The position numbers and the translations under genes were made by a program. From Candidatus Obscuribacterales bacterium (GTDB lineage Bacteria > Cyanobacteriota > Vampirovibrionia > Obscuribacterales > Obscuribacteraceae), in the NCBI GenBank assembly GCA_965228855.1, contig CBDDIJ010000003.1, forward strand, positions 96,001 through 160,000: 64,000 bases of DNA, given 5' to 3'. Positions within the stretch are counted from its first letter, which is position 1, and each line of letters begins with the position of its first letter. Under the pieces are notes generated by a model, which was not told where the DNA came from, did no database searches, and saw nothing but the letters and a program-made list of their open reading frames with translations. Of this stretch, positions 36,718 to 48,382 are shown in pieces.

Positions 36718-39117
36718 ATGTCGGATTTCGTTCCTAAAACTGAAATGGAGCGAATCTTCGTCCAGACCGTGGGATGGGATGCGCTTAGACTCTGGCGCCG
36801 ACTTATCTCCAATGCCGAACGGGAGAATTGGTCGCACGTTGCCGCCATGACCCTGGGTCTTACCTTCGTCTATCTTCAACAATCTGCGACCCCGACATTC
36901 AGCGCTCATCGCCGGAGTCGTTTGGAAGAAGATGCGCTCGGTACTATCGAGTACATGGATACTGTCGTCGGCAAGTTGTCCATGGAAGAGCAGAACAGCT
37001 ATTTTCGTCTGAGTCATCTTGCATTGACGCTACTTGCGGAAACAGACGCGACTTTTCACAACGCCCCCGTCTCTTGCATTTTGCATTTCATGCGTGAGGT
37101 CTTTGTTCAGGAGAGCCGCCCGAAGTCGGATCAATTGGAGCAGGCACTCCTTCTGCAACGACTGTACGCCTGCGACTCGTGGCGCAAGCAGTTTTTAAAC
37201 GAGGAGCTGCCTGTCTGTATTAAGGTCACAGAGACAAAGAAGTTTGAACTCCCCGACCTGGAGATGGAAAAGGCGGAAAGAACTCGACAGGCTAGAATTG
37301 AAAGTCCTCCCAATGTGCCAATGCCCTGTTATGAGTTTATTCCGGAACTCGGAATTTACGTCGAAGTTTTCGGAGACAAATTTGTCTTCGAAACTGACGC
37401 TCGTTTGAAACATCACGAAAGTTGGCGTCTGCGAATCGTAAAAATCCACGAGGATGGTGAGGCTCATCAAAGCGGATGGCGCGTCGGGGACGTAATTTTA
37501 TCGGTTAACAGTTTTCCTATAACGTCAATTGACGAGTTGAGAATGTCGTATTCGAATCTGCTTCCAGGAGAAGTGGTGGCAGTGAAAATCAAACGCAACA
37601 ATGAGATCAAATCTTATCGCGTCAGCCTGAAGAAAACTTCGTCCATCCGCCAACACAAGAAGGCGGATTCGAACAGGCGCCATGAGCTTATCATGGCAGG
37701 GCATTCTCGACAATTTGAATCTCTGAATTCGAAACTTGATGAATGCACTACCAGATACGGTATCAACTCGGACCAGGCGACTCATGCGCTAATTTCACTG
37801 GCAAGCTTTGTCGGGCGGACGAGAATATTTGGTGTCAACATCTACCTTTACGAGCTCGTCGGTATTTTGGAAAACCACGAAATTTTTGTCTCCGCATTCG
37901 ACCTTCGTCGGGTTTACTACTTGAGTCGTGATATCCAGGCGGATCCTGAACTTCTCGACTTATCGAGGAAGCTGCAGACGCTCGTATTCCAGCGCCGGAT
38001 TGCGGACTTTGGGCGGGACATGGGGATGGCTATTCCTCTAACTCGACTGGTTCGGATCTGGAGTACAACGAACCGGTTAAAAGACGGCTCCGACCTGTGC
38101 AAGTCCCTTCAAGAATGGGCCCGTAAATCACTTCCAGCTGACGACCTTATCTTCAGACAAATTGAATCTGCTGCCAGTTTCGTCGACCAGCTGCAAACGC
38201 GAAGCATTACTGCCGAGCAAGTAACTCTTCCTACAGCTGAAGTCTCTGAACCTCAAACTGTCGGCGAGGGCTCAATGAGTTTGGTTCCCGTGAAAGAATC
38301 GGGTGTGGGACCCGATGATGACTGGAAAGAAACAGATGAGTTTATCTCTATGATGGCGCTTGTTGCACTGGACCACAAGTACAATCGGCGGGAGCAACAA
38401 TCCGATCTGGTGTTGCAGGAACTTCTTGCCTATTATGCGGAATGCGAGGGGGAGGATGCTCGACGAGTTGGAGAAATGCTCTGGGCCTTGATGGAAACCG
38501 ATTTGCGTGAGAGCAAAAGTTTTCGAGAAGGTTTACTCGAGTTGAGCATGAGGAGAGCAATCAATCGGCATCGGCGAATCAGGCTTTATGCTCACGTCAA
38601 GAGATTAGTTTATCTTGAACGAGCGAAAGACAAAGTCGATGCAACGCTGAGATTTATCTGGGAGGACTGTCGATCTATATCTCCGTCATTTGCGACCTTG
38701 GTGTACGAGCAATTTCTGCACTTCTCCGTTAAGGATCGCAAGCAGTATGTGACTCCAACTTCTAGCAAGGATGAGCTTGAAGCGGCCGAGCTTGAATTTC
38801 TCAACATCTTTTCCGAGAATCGCCCTCTCTCTCAAGCTAGTTTGCAATTTGGCAATGAGCTGGGAGAACAGCTTAGCGAGTGCTTTATCTCTGCCAAACG
38901 ACCAGCTGAGGCGATCGATATTCTTCGAACTCTTTTGGCTCAACCTCGACAGACGCAAGAGAATGTTACGCTGCTGCTGACACGGTTGGCTCATGCCCAT
39001 GTCGCGGATGGCAACGTCTTTGAGGCGACAGCTGTTCTTTACCTCGCCTTCAATATTCCGGATGCGGATGATTACTTTGACCCGGAGTCTGAACCGGAAG
39101 TGTTAGAGAGTGCGTAG
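36718..39117 (+). CDS. Hypothetical helical protein with a central PDZ domain
   Basis: LGIYV..IVKIHEDGEAHQSGWRVGDVILSVN..PGEVVAVKIKR; flanks are helical or TPR-like. Confidence 0.7.
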   Translation: MSDFVPKTEMERIFVQTVGWDALRLWRRLISNAERENWSHVAAMTLGLTFVYLQQSATPTFSAHRRSRLEEDALGTIEYMDTVVGKLSMEEQNSYFRLSHLALTLLAETDATFHNAPVSCILHFMREVFVQESRPKSDQLEQALLLQRLYACDSWRKQFLNEELPVCIKVTETKKFELPDLEMEKAERTRQARIESPPNVPMPCYEFIPELGIYVEVFGDKFVFETDARLKHHESWRLRIVKIHEDGEAHQSGWRVGDVILSVNSFPITSIDELRMSYSNLLPGEVVAVKIKRNNEIKSYRVSLKKTSSIRQHKKADSNRRHELIMAGHSRQFESLNSKLDECTTRYGINSDQATHALISLASFVGRTRIFGVNIYLYELVGILENHEIFVSAFDLRRVYYLSRDIQADPELLDLSRKLQTLVFQRRIADFGRDMGMAIPLTRLVRIWSTTNRLKDGSDLCKSLQEWARKSLPADDLIFRQIESAASFVDQLQTRSITAEQVTLPTAEVSEPQTVGEGSMSLVPVKESGVGPDDDWKETDEFISMMALVALDHKYNRREQQSDLVLQELLAYYAECEGEDARRVGEMLWALMETDLRESKSFREGLLELSMRRAINRHRRIRLYAHVKRLVYLERAKDKVDATLRFIWEDCRSISPSFATLVYEQFLHFSVKDRKQYVTPTSSKDELEAAELEFLNIFSENRPLSQASLQFGNELGEQLSECFISAKRPAEAIDILRTLLAQPRQTQENVTLLLTRLAHAHVADGNVFEATAVLYLAFNIPDADDYFDPESEPEVLESA

Positions 39118-39139
39118 ACCGGGATTGGGAACGACTTCG

Positions 39140-39688
39140 CTAACGCCAGACTATTGAGTCAAGTGCATCATTGAATATTGGCTTGTAATGCTCGAATTCA
39201 TCTCTGGTTGTGGCCTGCAGGAAGAACTCCTCGACCATTTTTCCTTCAGACCCAGCCTGGTAAAACATACCTGAGTAGATGCGGTTGTTTTTAAACTTAC
39301 CCTCAACCCGTAACACGAGCCGTCCTGCTACAGTGCGCACTGCCAGCGCAGTTAGCTCGAAATTCGGACCTTCTAAACTATCTAGAGGATTAGTGTTGGT
39401 GTATTGGTTATCGCCGGTTGTGGCCATTCCCATCACCGTCCGCAGTGCCAAAACTTCTTCGAGGTCGAAGTCGTTTTTCTCTCCCTGTTTGAGAACATAT
39501 GCAAAAACTTTTCGCGATGCTTCGTCCAGTGGTACGCCGCGATAAGAGATGTTTATCTCGACATTATGCGGGCCGGCCGGTTGAAATATCCTTTCCCATC
39601 TCACGCCGAGCGCAGCACCACTTCGCCGCTCTTGCCAGTCGTCTGGCAGGGTGAACTGTTTGATTGCGCCGATGTTTTCCAGTTTCAT
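39140..39688 (-). CDS. Hypothetical protein, possible PsbP/Mog1p/DcrB-like fold
   Basis: N-terminal FTLPDDW and C-terminal FNDALDSIVW pattern; starts 3 bp after the LRR gene stop. Confidence 0.6.
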   Translation of the reverse strand: MKLENIGAIKQFTLPDDWQERRSGAALGVRWERIFQPAGPHNVEINISYRGVPLDEASRKVFAYVLKQGEKNDFDLEEVLALRTVMGMATTGDNQYTNTNPLDSLEGPNFELTALAVRTVAGRLVLRVEGKFKNNRIYSGMFYQAGSEGKMVEEFFLQATTRDEFEHYKPIFNDALDSIVWR

Positions 39689-39691
39689 CTA

Positions 39692-42583
39692 TCAGACTTC
39701 TTGTGGTTCTTGAACTTCCTGCACTTCTTTTACTTCGGCTGCTTCGTTACTGCCGTTGTGAACTGCGCCTGTATCTGTTCCACCATCATCGCCACCGACT
39801 GAGATCATATCAATCTCACAATATGGCAGCGAGTTGAGAACTAGGTCCATCTCCTCTTCAGTGTAAGGGCACTCGGAAATGGCTATGCGAGAAAGATTCG
39901 GCATGTCCTTCAATACAGTTAGATCCAGGTATGAAATGTTCGTTCCTACCATATTCAGATGTTCTAGAAGCGGTAGTGTCGCGATTAGTGGAAGAATCTC
40001 AGAGCCTATTTGCGTCCCATTCAAATTCAAATGGCGCAGGCGTGTGAGTTTGTTCAAGTGCATGATCGCGCGATTATCGATCAACGTACCTTCAAGATTG
40101 AGTTCATGCAATTGTGAGAGCTCAGACAAATGACTGACACCATCGCTGGTGATATCTGTGCAAGAGAGATCTAGCACTTCCAAGCTCGTCAGCCCCGAAA
40201 GGTGAGCGGCGCCTTCGTCCGTAATGAGAGTGGAGCCGAGCCTGAGAGCTCGCATTGCGCGCAGTCCTCTGATATGGGCGAGACCGGCATCGCCAACTCT
40301 GCTGTTGTTTAAATTCAGCCACCGAAGCGACGACAATAACCTCAGGCAAACAAGACCGGCATCCTGAAATTGCACGCAGTTTTCCAAATCAATAGATTTT
40401 AGGTTTATCAAATTGCTGATGGACGCGAGCCCGATATCCGACACCTCTGTGTTCGATAGGTTGATCATCTGTAGCTTCGTGAGCTTGCCGATGTGAGTTA
40501 AACCAAGATCGGTGATGTCGGTTCCACTCAAATTAAGCTCTTTCAATTTCGCATAATTCGAGAGAATCGCCAGCGTTTTATCCGTAATTTTTGACCGCGA
40601 GAAATCGAGCGAGCGAACGGAATTGAGGCGCGCAACCCAGGACATGCCTTCATCGGTGACGTTCCCTAATCGCAAATTTCTCAGTTTTACTAGGTCCTGA
40701 AGGTGACGAAGATCCTCGTCTTTGAGGCTTTGAGGAAAGTCGATATAGCGAAGTTCCTTCAACGCGCTCACATGCTTTAGTGATTTGTTTGTCAACTTAC
40801 CGCCAGCCATGCCTAAGAAGCTGATATAAGGTAGGTGCTGAATGTGGGCGATACCATCATCGGTGACACCACTCATCGAGACGTCGAGTTCAACCATGCG
40901 CTTCAAGTTCTTCATCGACTTGAGTGTTTCATTGCCCACGTCTTCGCTGCATTTTATGCTAATCGATTCCAGGTTCGTGAGCTTGTCAATGCCGTGAATT
41001 CCCTCATCCTTGCAGGTGATGTTGGACAAATCCAGCTTCGTCAATGCCGGCAAATTGTCCAGCACTATAGTCTCGCCTTCATATCGAATTGTCAGCTCTT
41101 TGAGTAGAGGAAGATCACGAACGATAAACTTCAGGCGACTTTTATGGTCTTCGAATTCCGGATCCGGCTCCATCGAAACAGCGCCAACGTTCAGTCTCTC
41201 CAGTGACTGCAGGTCGCTGAACAAGGTTGTGCTGTCGCCGCGAATCAGCATATTTCTCAGCGTCAAATCTCGAAGGTTTTCGAGTTTCGAAACATATATC
41301 ATGCAATCGTCGCCGACTTCTTCAGCACGAATAACAAGACGCTCCAAGTTGTGCAGTTGTCTCAGATGCGACAGTCCGATTTCAGTGATACCATCGACAC
41401 GTAACACGAGGCTGGTCAGTTCAGGGAAGTAGCGTAAACAGCCGAGACCTTTGTCGGTGATGTCGGCATACACAATGTAGAGTTCCTGTAGACCGCTTTC
41501 GATGTTAAACTCGAGAAGCGCATCATCGGTGATACCATCACCTTCCAGAAGTAAACTGCGCAGGCTGGAAATACGCCCGAGCGCGCTCAGTCCCGCTCCG
41601 GTGCCGGAAATTTTACAATGCGAAAGTCGAACATCGCGTAACGTGACCAGAGTGGCCAGATCGTCCAGGGCACCATCTCCGATATCACATGCCGTAAGCT
41701 GCAGATTGCGTAAGTGTGGAAAGCGGAATAGTTCTTTCAACGAATACTGCGGTAGGTCCAATCCGCCAAGACGCAGCTCTCGCAGACCGCTCAGATGACT
41801 GAGAGCTGACCAATTTGCGTCGGTAAGTTGATCTCCGATGAAATCGAGTGATTGAATATCATCAGGTTTAAGCGCGGCCAGGTGGTTAAACGGTTCAGTA
41901 GCATCATTCAGCTCCAGGCGTACGAAATCGCGACGAGAAACCTGAATCATGCCCTGCGCTTCGCCGATATTGCGCCAGGTTCTTTGTCCGCCATCGCCAC
42001 TTTCGGCTATCCATACGGTTCCAATCGAGTGCCCTTCTGGAAAACGAATAGTTCGGACCTTTCGAGAAATTATATGGCAGCGCGGCAACGCACGAACCAG
42101 TTCGTTGATACCATATTCGGTGACATTAGTTCCATCGAGATATAGATTGCGTAGTCCCCGAAGACCCTTCAGATACTCCAGACCTTCGTCTGTGATTGCA
42201 GTTCCGCCAAGGTCAAGCGTATGAAGGTTTTTCAAATTGTAGAGATACATCAAGCCGCGGTCAGAAATCGGGCTCTTCGGCAACGTCAGATAGCGCAGTC
42301 CGCTTAGACCCTGGACAAAGGACAGCTCATGGTCTTTAATCGGACGCTGGCGGAAATCGAGAGACGCGAGGTCGCTCGGATTCAAGATTGAAAAATTAGC
42401 CAGATCGCAGGTCGGTGAGACCAGTAAGTGCAGATAGCCCGCCAGAGGGACGCTAACTTCGCCGTATGCATCGCCAATCTGGCGTTCCCACCATTTGCTC
42501 TGGTCGTTCTCCTGATAGATAAGATAAAGACCGCCAAGCGATGTGTCGGTCGGAAAAACAATCGTTCTCTCCAGTCCTGTCAT
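39692..42583 (-). CDS. Large leucine-rich repeat protein
   Basis: Many 24-aa LxxLxLxxTxITDxGLxxL repeats; ATG 42583 preferred because the ORF-track start overlaps the upstream gene. Confidence 0.9.
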   Translation of the reverse strand: MTGLERTIVFPTDTSLGGLYLIYQENDQSKWWERQIGDAYGEVSVPLAGYLHLLVSPTCDLANFSILNPSDLASLDFRQRPIKDHELSFVQGLSGLRYLTLPKSPISDRGLMYLYNLKNLHTLDLGGTAITDEGLEYLKGLRGLRNLYLDGTNVTEYGINELVRALPRCHIISRKVRTIRFPEGHSIGTVWIAESGDGGQRTWRNIGEAQGMIQVSRRDFVRLELNDATEPFNHLAALKPDDIQSLDFIGDQLTDANWSALSHLSGLRELRLGGLDLPQYSLKELFRFPHLRNLQLTACDIGDGALDDLATLVTLRDVRLSHCKISGTGAGLSALGRISSLRSLLLEGDGITDDALLEFNIESGLQELYIVYADITDKGLGCLRYFPELTSLVLRVDGITEIGLSHLRQLHNLERLVIRAEEVGDDCMIYVSKLENLRDLTLRNMLIRGDSTTLFSDLQSLERLNVGAVSMEPDPEFEDHKSRLKFIVRDLPLLKELTIRYEGETIVLDNLPALTKLDLSNITCKDEGIHGIDKLTNLESISIKCSEDVGNETLKSMKNLKRMVELDVSMSGVTDDGIAHIQHLPYISFLGMAGGKLTNKSLKHVSALKELRYIDFPQSLKDEDLRHLQDLVKLRNLRLGNVTDEGMSWVARLNSVRSLDFSRSKITDKTLAILSNYAKLKELNLSGTDITDLGLTHIGKLTKLQMINLSNTEVSDIGLASISNLINLKSIDLENCVQFQDAGLVCLRLLSSLRWLNLNNSRVGDAGLAHIRGLRAMRALRLGSTLITDEGAAHLSGLTSLEVLDLSCTDITSDGVSHLSELSQLHELNLEGTLIDNRAIMHLNKLTRLRHLNLNGTQIGSEILPLIATLPLLEHLNMVGTNISYLDLTVLKDMPNLSRIAISECPYTEEEMDLVLNSLPYCEIDMISVGGDDGGTDTGAVHNGSNEAAEVKEVQEVQEPQEV

Positions 42584-42641
42584 TATTTCTCTGCTTCGCT
42601 TTGCCAATACTCTTCCGGGCGGCGCGCCCGACAGTAACGGA

Positions 42642-44609
42642 CTATCCTTCCGGTTTTGCAAACTTCGGGATGGTCTGTTCCATAAGGATATGCCCAATAT
42701 TTACTACAGGAACACCCAGGTTATTTTCCAAATCCTGCGCATAACGGTCGGCAAGTTCCGGGTCCGTTCCGGTTCCGATAAAAACCTTCTTGAAAGGATG
42801 GGCTCGTTTCATATAAATCAAACCATCGACCAGCGTTTCCGGCAAAATCTTCACGGTGAGAACCATGTCGTGGTGCTTGAAACTTGGTGCTATCTGCTGG
42901 GAAACAACACGCTGCAAAAGCTCGTACATAATGCCGCGCCTCGCTGACTCTTCTTCGGCGTGATACAGAATCACTTCCTTGGGGCCCGGCTCCTCTCGTT
43001 CAAGCAGGCGAATCAACGAATTCGCCAGGTTACGTGCCTTGGCTCCGGCCGTGCAAAGCACATAGGTGGGCAGATCATCAGGCAGCTCGGAGACGCTTGT
43101 GAATTTGCCTAAACCCAGACGCAGGTCCGGAAGGTGTCGCAGCCTGCTCTCGAGGAGACCCAGGCGATAGAAACACATGACCAGAAGAATGGCCAGCAGT
43201 ACCTGAATTCCCAGCGGTCGGGCATCGTGCGCCGAAAAGATCAGCACGACCTCCGCGCCAAGGAGGACCAGGGTGCCTATCAATGGTGGGATTGGGAAGT
43301 CGACGCCCCGAAAAGGTACCGTCAGTTTTGTGCGATAAGGAGAGCGTGCCACTTTGACCGGCATGCGGAAGCGCATCATAATCACGCCCGCACAGAAAGA
43401 TGCCATAACAGCGAGGAACGCCATGCCGTAGACCTGACCCAGGTCTTCGACTTTGCCGGGCAGAACCATAATCATCAAGCAGGTGACGGCCATAAAGAGC
43501 AGCACAATGTAAGGGTATCCGTGCATGTACGGAAGTTTGTGCTCCCAGCGCCTGAGCAGGAAAGCGGGAAGATTTCCTTGTTTCGCCATCGTGGTGCAGA
43601 GACCGATACAGCCGACATATGCCGTGTTGACGGCGGCAAATAGTGTCAGGCATGCATCAAATACCAGGATTTGCAGGAGCGTTTGCCCACCTTCGATATA
43701 AGCCAGACCGGAGAGGAGATTGTCTTTATAAAGAGTGAGTTGCTCTTGGTTTAACAACACCAGGCAAAGATAAGATGTAACCGGAGCCGTGAATCCCACG
43801 AGCAGAACTATTGAGAGATAAACCTTTTTCAGCGTTCGCCAGGTCGGAGTTTTCAGCTGCTCAACGATCTGTGCGGCTGATTCAAAACCGGTAATGCCGA
43901 GGAATGCTGCAGCGCATCCGTGCAATAGGTTTGCTGGGCTGATACTCGGCAAATCTCGGAAAACGATTGTGAAGTCGACCTGACGCTGGAACGCGAGATA
44001 TAGTCCGTAAACATCGAGGCAAATCAAAAGTAGGAAGTGACCAAGGGCGATGAAAAACACGGCGAACGCCGGTTCTTTCATGCCTTTAATATTTGCGACA
44101 CCGAAGATAATGACCGGTACCAGGGCGACGATGAGGATGTTTCCGGTCGACCAGTCCATCATGTTGTCGAATGAATCGAGGTAATAGGCTCCAGACAAGG
44201 CGCTCACTGCGGCGGTTGCCAGGTAGGAGAGGATGGTGAGCGCTCCGACGAACATGGCAAGCCGTCTCCCGACGGTTTGCAAAACCATGATGTAGGCGCC
44301 GCCGTTGAAAGGGCTGACTGAGCAGCCTTCTTCGTATGTGATTTTGAAAAACCACATCATCAGACAGACGAACAGAATGACAAGCGGCGCAGCAAATCCG
44401 ACATAAGGCATGATCACGCCCGTGCTGTAGAACACGGATGTACCGATGTCTGCGCCGACAATGCCGGCTGCCATCCACCAGTTGAGAAGCGCGTCTTTGT
44501 CGTGGTGATTTGGCGATTTTGGCGACGTGGATGTATCGATTTCTATTGGACCCGTCATAGCCGAGGTCTCGGCCGCGCCCAACATATCGTTGTTCTGCGA
44601 AGAGGACAT
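42642..44609 (-). CDS. APC-superfamily permease, KUP/KimA-like, with cytoplasmic C-terminal domain
   Basis: About 12 TM helices; GADIGTSVFY, GGAY, TGFES; soluble C-terminal alpha/beta domain. Confidence 0.8.
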   Translation of the reverse strand: MSSSQNNDMLGAAETSAMTGPIEIDTSTSPKSPNHHDKDALLNWWMAAGIVGADIGTSVFYSTGVIMPYVGFAAPLVILFVCLMMWFFKITYEEGCSVSPFNGGAYIMVLQTVGRRLAMFVGALTILSYLATAAVSALSGAYYLDSFDNMMDWSTGNILIVALVPVIIFGVANIKGMKEPAFAVFFIALGHFLLLICLDVYGLYLAFQRQVDFTIVFRDLPSISPANLLHGCAAAFLGITGFESAAQIVEQLKTPTWRTLKKVYLSIVLLVGFTAPVTSYLCLVLLNQEQLTLYKDNLLSGLAYIEGGQTLLQILVFDACLTLFAAVNTAYVGCIGLCTTMAKQGNLPAFLLRRWEHKLPYMHGYPYIVLLFMAVTCLMIMVLPGKVEDLGQVYGMAFLAVMASFCAGVIMMRFRMPVKVARSPYRTKLTVPFRGVDFPIPPLIGTLVLLGAEVVLIFSAHDARPLGIQVLLAILLVMCFYRLGLLESRLRHLPDLRLGLGKFTSVSELPDDLPTYVLCTAGAKARNLANSLIRLLEREEPGPKEVILYHAEEESARRGIMYELLQRVVSQQIAPSFKHHDMVLTVKILPETLVDGLIYMKRAHPFKKVFIGTGTDPELADRYAQDLENNLGVPVVNIGHILMEQTIPKFAKPEG

Positions 44610-44790
44610 TTTTGATTCTTTTGTTACTTATTCTGCCGACGCTGTTATTTCGACAGAGACAGTGTAGCTAAAAGTCACAGATGTTTTAGTGCTTTTATCG
44701 AGATGTTATCGCCGGAAAACGTTACTTTAAGCGTAATTTTAGAACCGCGATCACATTTGTACTAGAAGACGTAGGAGTATTGAAAGCATT

Positions 44791-46047
44791 TTGAAAGCCA
44801 CGAGCTCTATGTTAACTCAGGTTATGGATGCTCATGGAAACGCCATTCATATCGACACCTTGTTGGCATTACTGCTCGTTGCCTCCGGGACCGCAGTAAT
44901 AACCAAGTGGGTGCCGATTCCCTACTCAGTCGCGCTTGTGATAGCGGGACTTCTTATCGGCTTGTCCGGCGTGATTCCGCCCATCTCCATGACGCCTGAA
45001 CTCGTCCTTCTCATCTTCCTTCCGGCCCTTCTGTTCGAAGCCTCCTGGAATCTCGATATCAAGGCGCTTCGCCGCGACTGGCGTTCCATCAGCGCTCTGG
45101 CTACAGTCGGCGTGGTTGTCTGTATGCTCGCAGTGGCTGCCGTGCTCTATATATCTGGCGGCTTCAATCTCCAAACCGCGCTGTTGTTCGGCGCCATGGT
45201 TGCGGCAACCGACCCCGTATCGGTGATTGCGCTATTCAGGCAGATGGGCGTGGACGAGCGGCTCACCATGATTCTCGAGGGCGAAAGTCTGTTTAACGAC
45301 GGAACGGCCGTCGTCCTGTTCAAAATCGTCCTCGGGGTTGTGCTTACAAACCAGGCGTTCTCTTTTGGGAATACGATCGGCGCTTTTGTATTTGTCGTTT
45401 TTGGTGGTATTGCGCTTGGTGCTGGTCTCGGTTTTCTAGCCTCAAAAATTACGCGAGCATTTGAGGACCACCTGCTTGAAATCACATTAACTGTGGTCAC
45501 CGCATACGGTGCTTATTTGTTAGCGGAACATTTGCACGTTTCAGCGATCATGAGCGTCGTATCTGCCGGCGTAGTAGTTGGGAACTTTGGTAGCCGTTCA
45601 GGCATGAGCGAGACCACTCGGATGGCGGTGAATTCGTTTTGGGAGTACGCGGCATTTCTGGTTAATTCGCTTTTGTTTTTACTAATTGGATTGCAAGTGA
45701 ATTGGCAACTGTTACTGAAGCATTCGCACGTTATCGGCCTGGGCGTGCTTGCTGTTTTCGTTGCGAGAGCTCTCGTAGTCTATGGTCTGTGTCCCTTCGT
45801 CTCTACCGGTAGGAAACCGATTCCAGTTGCCTGGCGGCATGTGATGTTTTGGGGCGGCTTGCGAGGAGCCCTGGTGATGGCGTTGGCCCTCTCTCTGCCG
45901 ATGTCTTTTCCTGAGCGTGAAGTGATTATCAATATGACCTTCGGAGTGGTTTTATTCACTCTGCTCGTGCCGGGTCTCTCGATGGAACCGCTGCTTCGCG
46001 TTCTCGGTCTGGAGCCGGAAAGAAGAGAAGCCAAAGCACCAGTTTGA
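44791..46047 (+). CDS. CPA1-family Na+(K+)/H+ antiporter (NhaP/NhaG-like)
   Basis: FLPALLFEA, ATDPVSV, EGESLFNDG, WGGLRGAL. Confidence 0.92.
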   Translation: MKATSSMLTQVMDAHGNAIHIDTLLALLLVASGTAVITKWVPIPYSVALVIAGLLIGLSGVIPPISMTPELVLLIFLPALLFEASWNLDIKALRRDWRSISALATVGVVVCMLAVAAVLYISGGFNLQTALLFGAMVAATDPVSVIALFRQMGVDERLTMILEGESLFNDGTAVVLFKIVLGVVLTNQAFSFGNTIGAFVFVVFGGIALGAGLGFLASKITRAFEDHLLEITLTVVTAYGAYLLAEHLHVSAIMSVVSAGVVVGNFGSRSGMSETTRMAVNSFWEYAAFLVNSLLFLLIGLQVNWQLLLKHSHVIGLGVLAVFVARALVVYGLCPFVSTGRKPIPVAWRHVMFWGGLRGALVMALALSLPMSFPEREVIINMTFGVVLFTLLVPGLSMEPLLRVLGLEPERREAKAPV

Positions 46048-46061
46048 ACCTTCAGAAGCGT

Positions 46062-47581
46062 TCATGACTTTGATTGCATCTCCTGGACTTTTGGTTTTTT
46101 CGCGTCTGATTGAGAGCCTGGCTTGGTGCCATTTTTTTGTTTGACCGCAGAACCGCCGCGTGTTGTGCCGGAACTATCTGCTCCGCCTGAAGGCGTTTGC
46201 TGCAGTTTTGGAAAAATCACGGTGAACTTTGTGCCCTTGTTATTCTTGCCCGAATCTATACGGACAGTAGCTCCATGGATTCTCGCTATTTCTGAGACGA
46301 TCGAAAGCCCCAGACCACTTCCGCTGACGTCCAGATTGATCGCTTTTTCCATCCTGTAGAAGCGCTCAAAAACTTTCGGACGTTCTTCTGGCGGAATTCC
46401 CAGACCATCGTCCTCCACGACCAGGGTTGCGTTTTCGTTGTTGGTTACGACGACACTCACGTGACCACCGGGACTGTTGTATTTGATTGCGTTTTCGATA
46501 AGATTGCTGGTCAATTCTTTTAAACTGACCGCGTCCCCTCTTATATACGTGGGTGTTTCCGGATGATCCAGATCGACTTCGATGTTTAAACGAATTGACT
46601 CTAATACTGCGTCCGTGAGCGCATTTTCCGCAACACAATTTAAATCGATAACATCATACGACTGTAGTAATGAATCGTTTTGTTCAGCTCTGGAAAGACT
46701 TAAAAGTTGCTGCACTGTTCTAATAATTCGGTCCACGCCTTCGCCCATTTGGTTCAGCATCTTGAGCGTTTCCTGATCGACTGAGCTTTTCTCGAGCAGC
46801 TCGATGTAGGTTTTTAAACCAGCTAGAGGCGTTCTTAATTGGTGCGCTGCATTCGCTGCAAATCGGTGTTGTTTTTCGACGTCAGCCGAAATCCGCAGAA
46901 ACAAACCGTTGAGCGCGGTCAAAAATGACTTTACTTCGTAGGGAGCATTTTCTTCGTGGATCGGCGATAGGTCCGTGGGCGCGCGTCTTTGAACCAGTTC
47001 ACCGATTGTTCTCAGCGGTTTAATACCTTTCTCAATCGAGATCCAAACAGCCAGTACCGCAAGTGATAGTAGTATCATCTGCGGTATCACGATCCCGAGA
47101 AGCAGTTTCCGTCGATACTCTTTTCGAGAGTTCAGAGTTTCTCCCACTTCGATTATCAGATAACCGGACTTGAGTTCGGGCACGGCAACTCTTGTTGACG
47201 CTACTCTGAAGACTTTATTGTCAATGACCTCATAGCGCAATCCAGCCATTTCCCCACTGGGTACGGCGAGCGGTGGATTGGGAAGTCCCATGTCTTTAGT
47301 AAATAATTCTCCCTCTGATGAAAACAATTCATAGACGAAGTCGTCTTTGTTTTCGTGTGTCAGAATCGTAATCGTTCGTTTGGGCAGTTGTTCAATCGAA
47401 ACCCGATCGCCATTGAAAACGAGGCGGCTGGTGAGAGAGTCCATCGAGTTTATCAAGGTCCTATCGTACGCTTCTCTCGACAGATACATCGAGAGAACAT
47501 ACGAAACCACTGCTGATACTATGAGTAGTATCAGCAGTGGGGTCATCAACCAGACTTGCATCTGGCGACGAATTGAATTTT

Positions 47582-47585
<4 letters not shown>
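46062..47585 (-). CDS. Sensor histidine kinase (QseC/TctE-like)
   Basis: Two TMs, HAMP, AAHQLRTPL, NLIENAIKY, DDGLG, GSGLGL. Confidence 0.93.
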
Positions 47586-48382
<797 letters not shown>

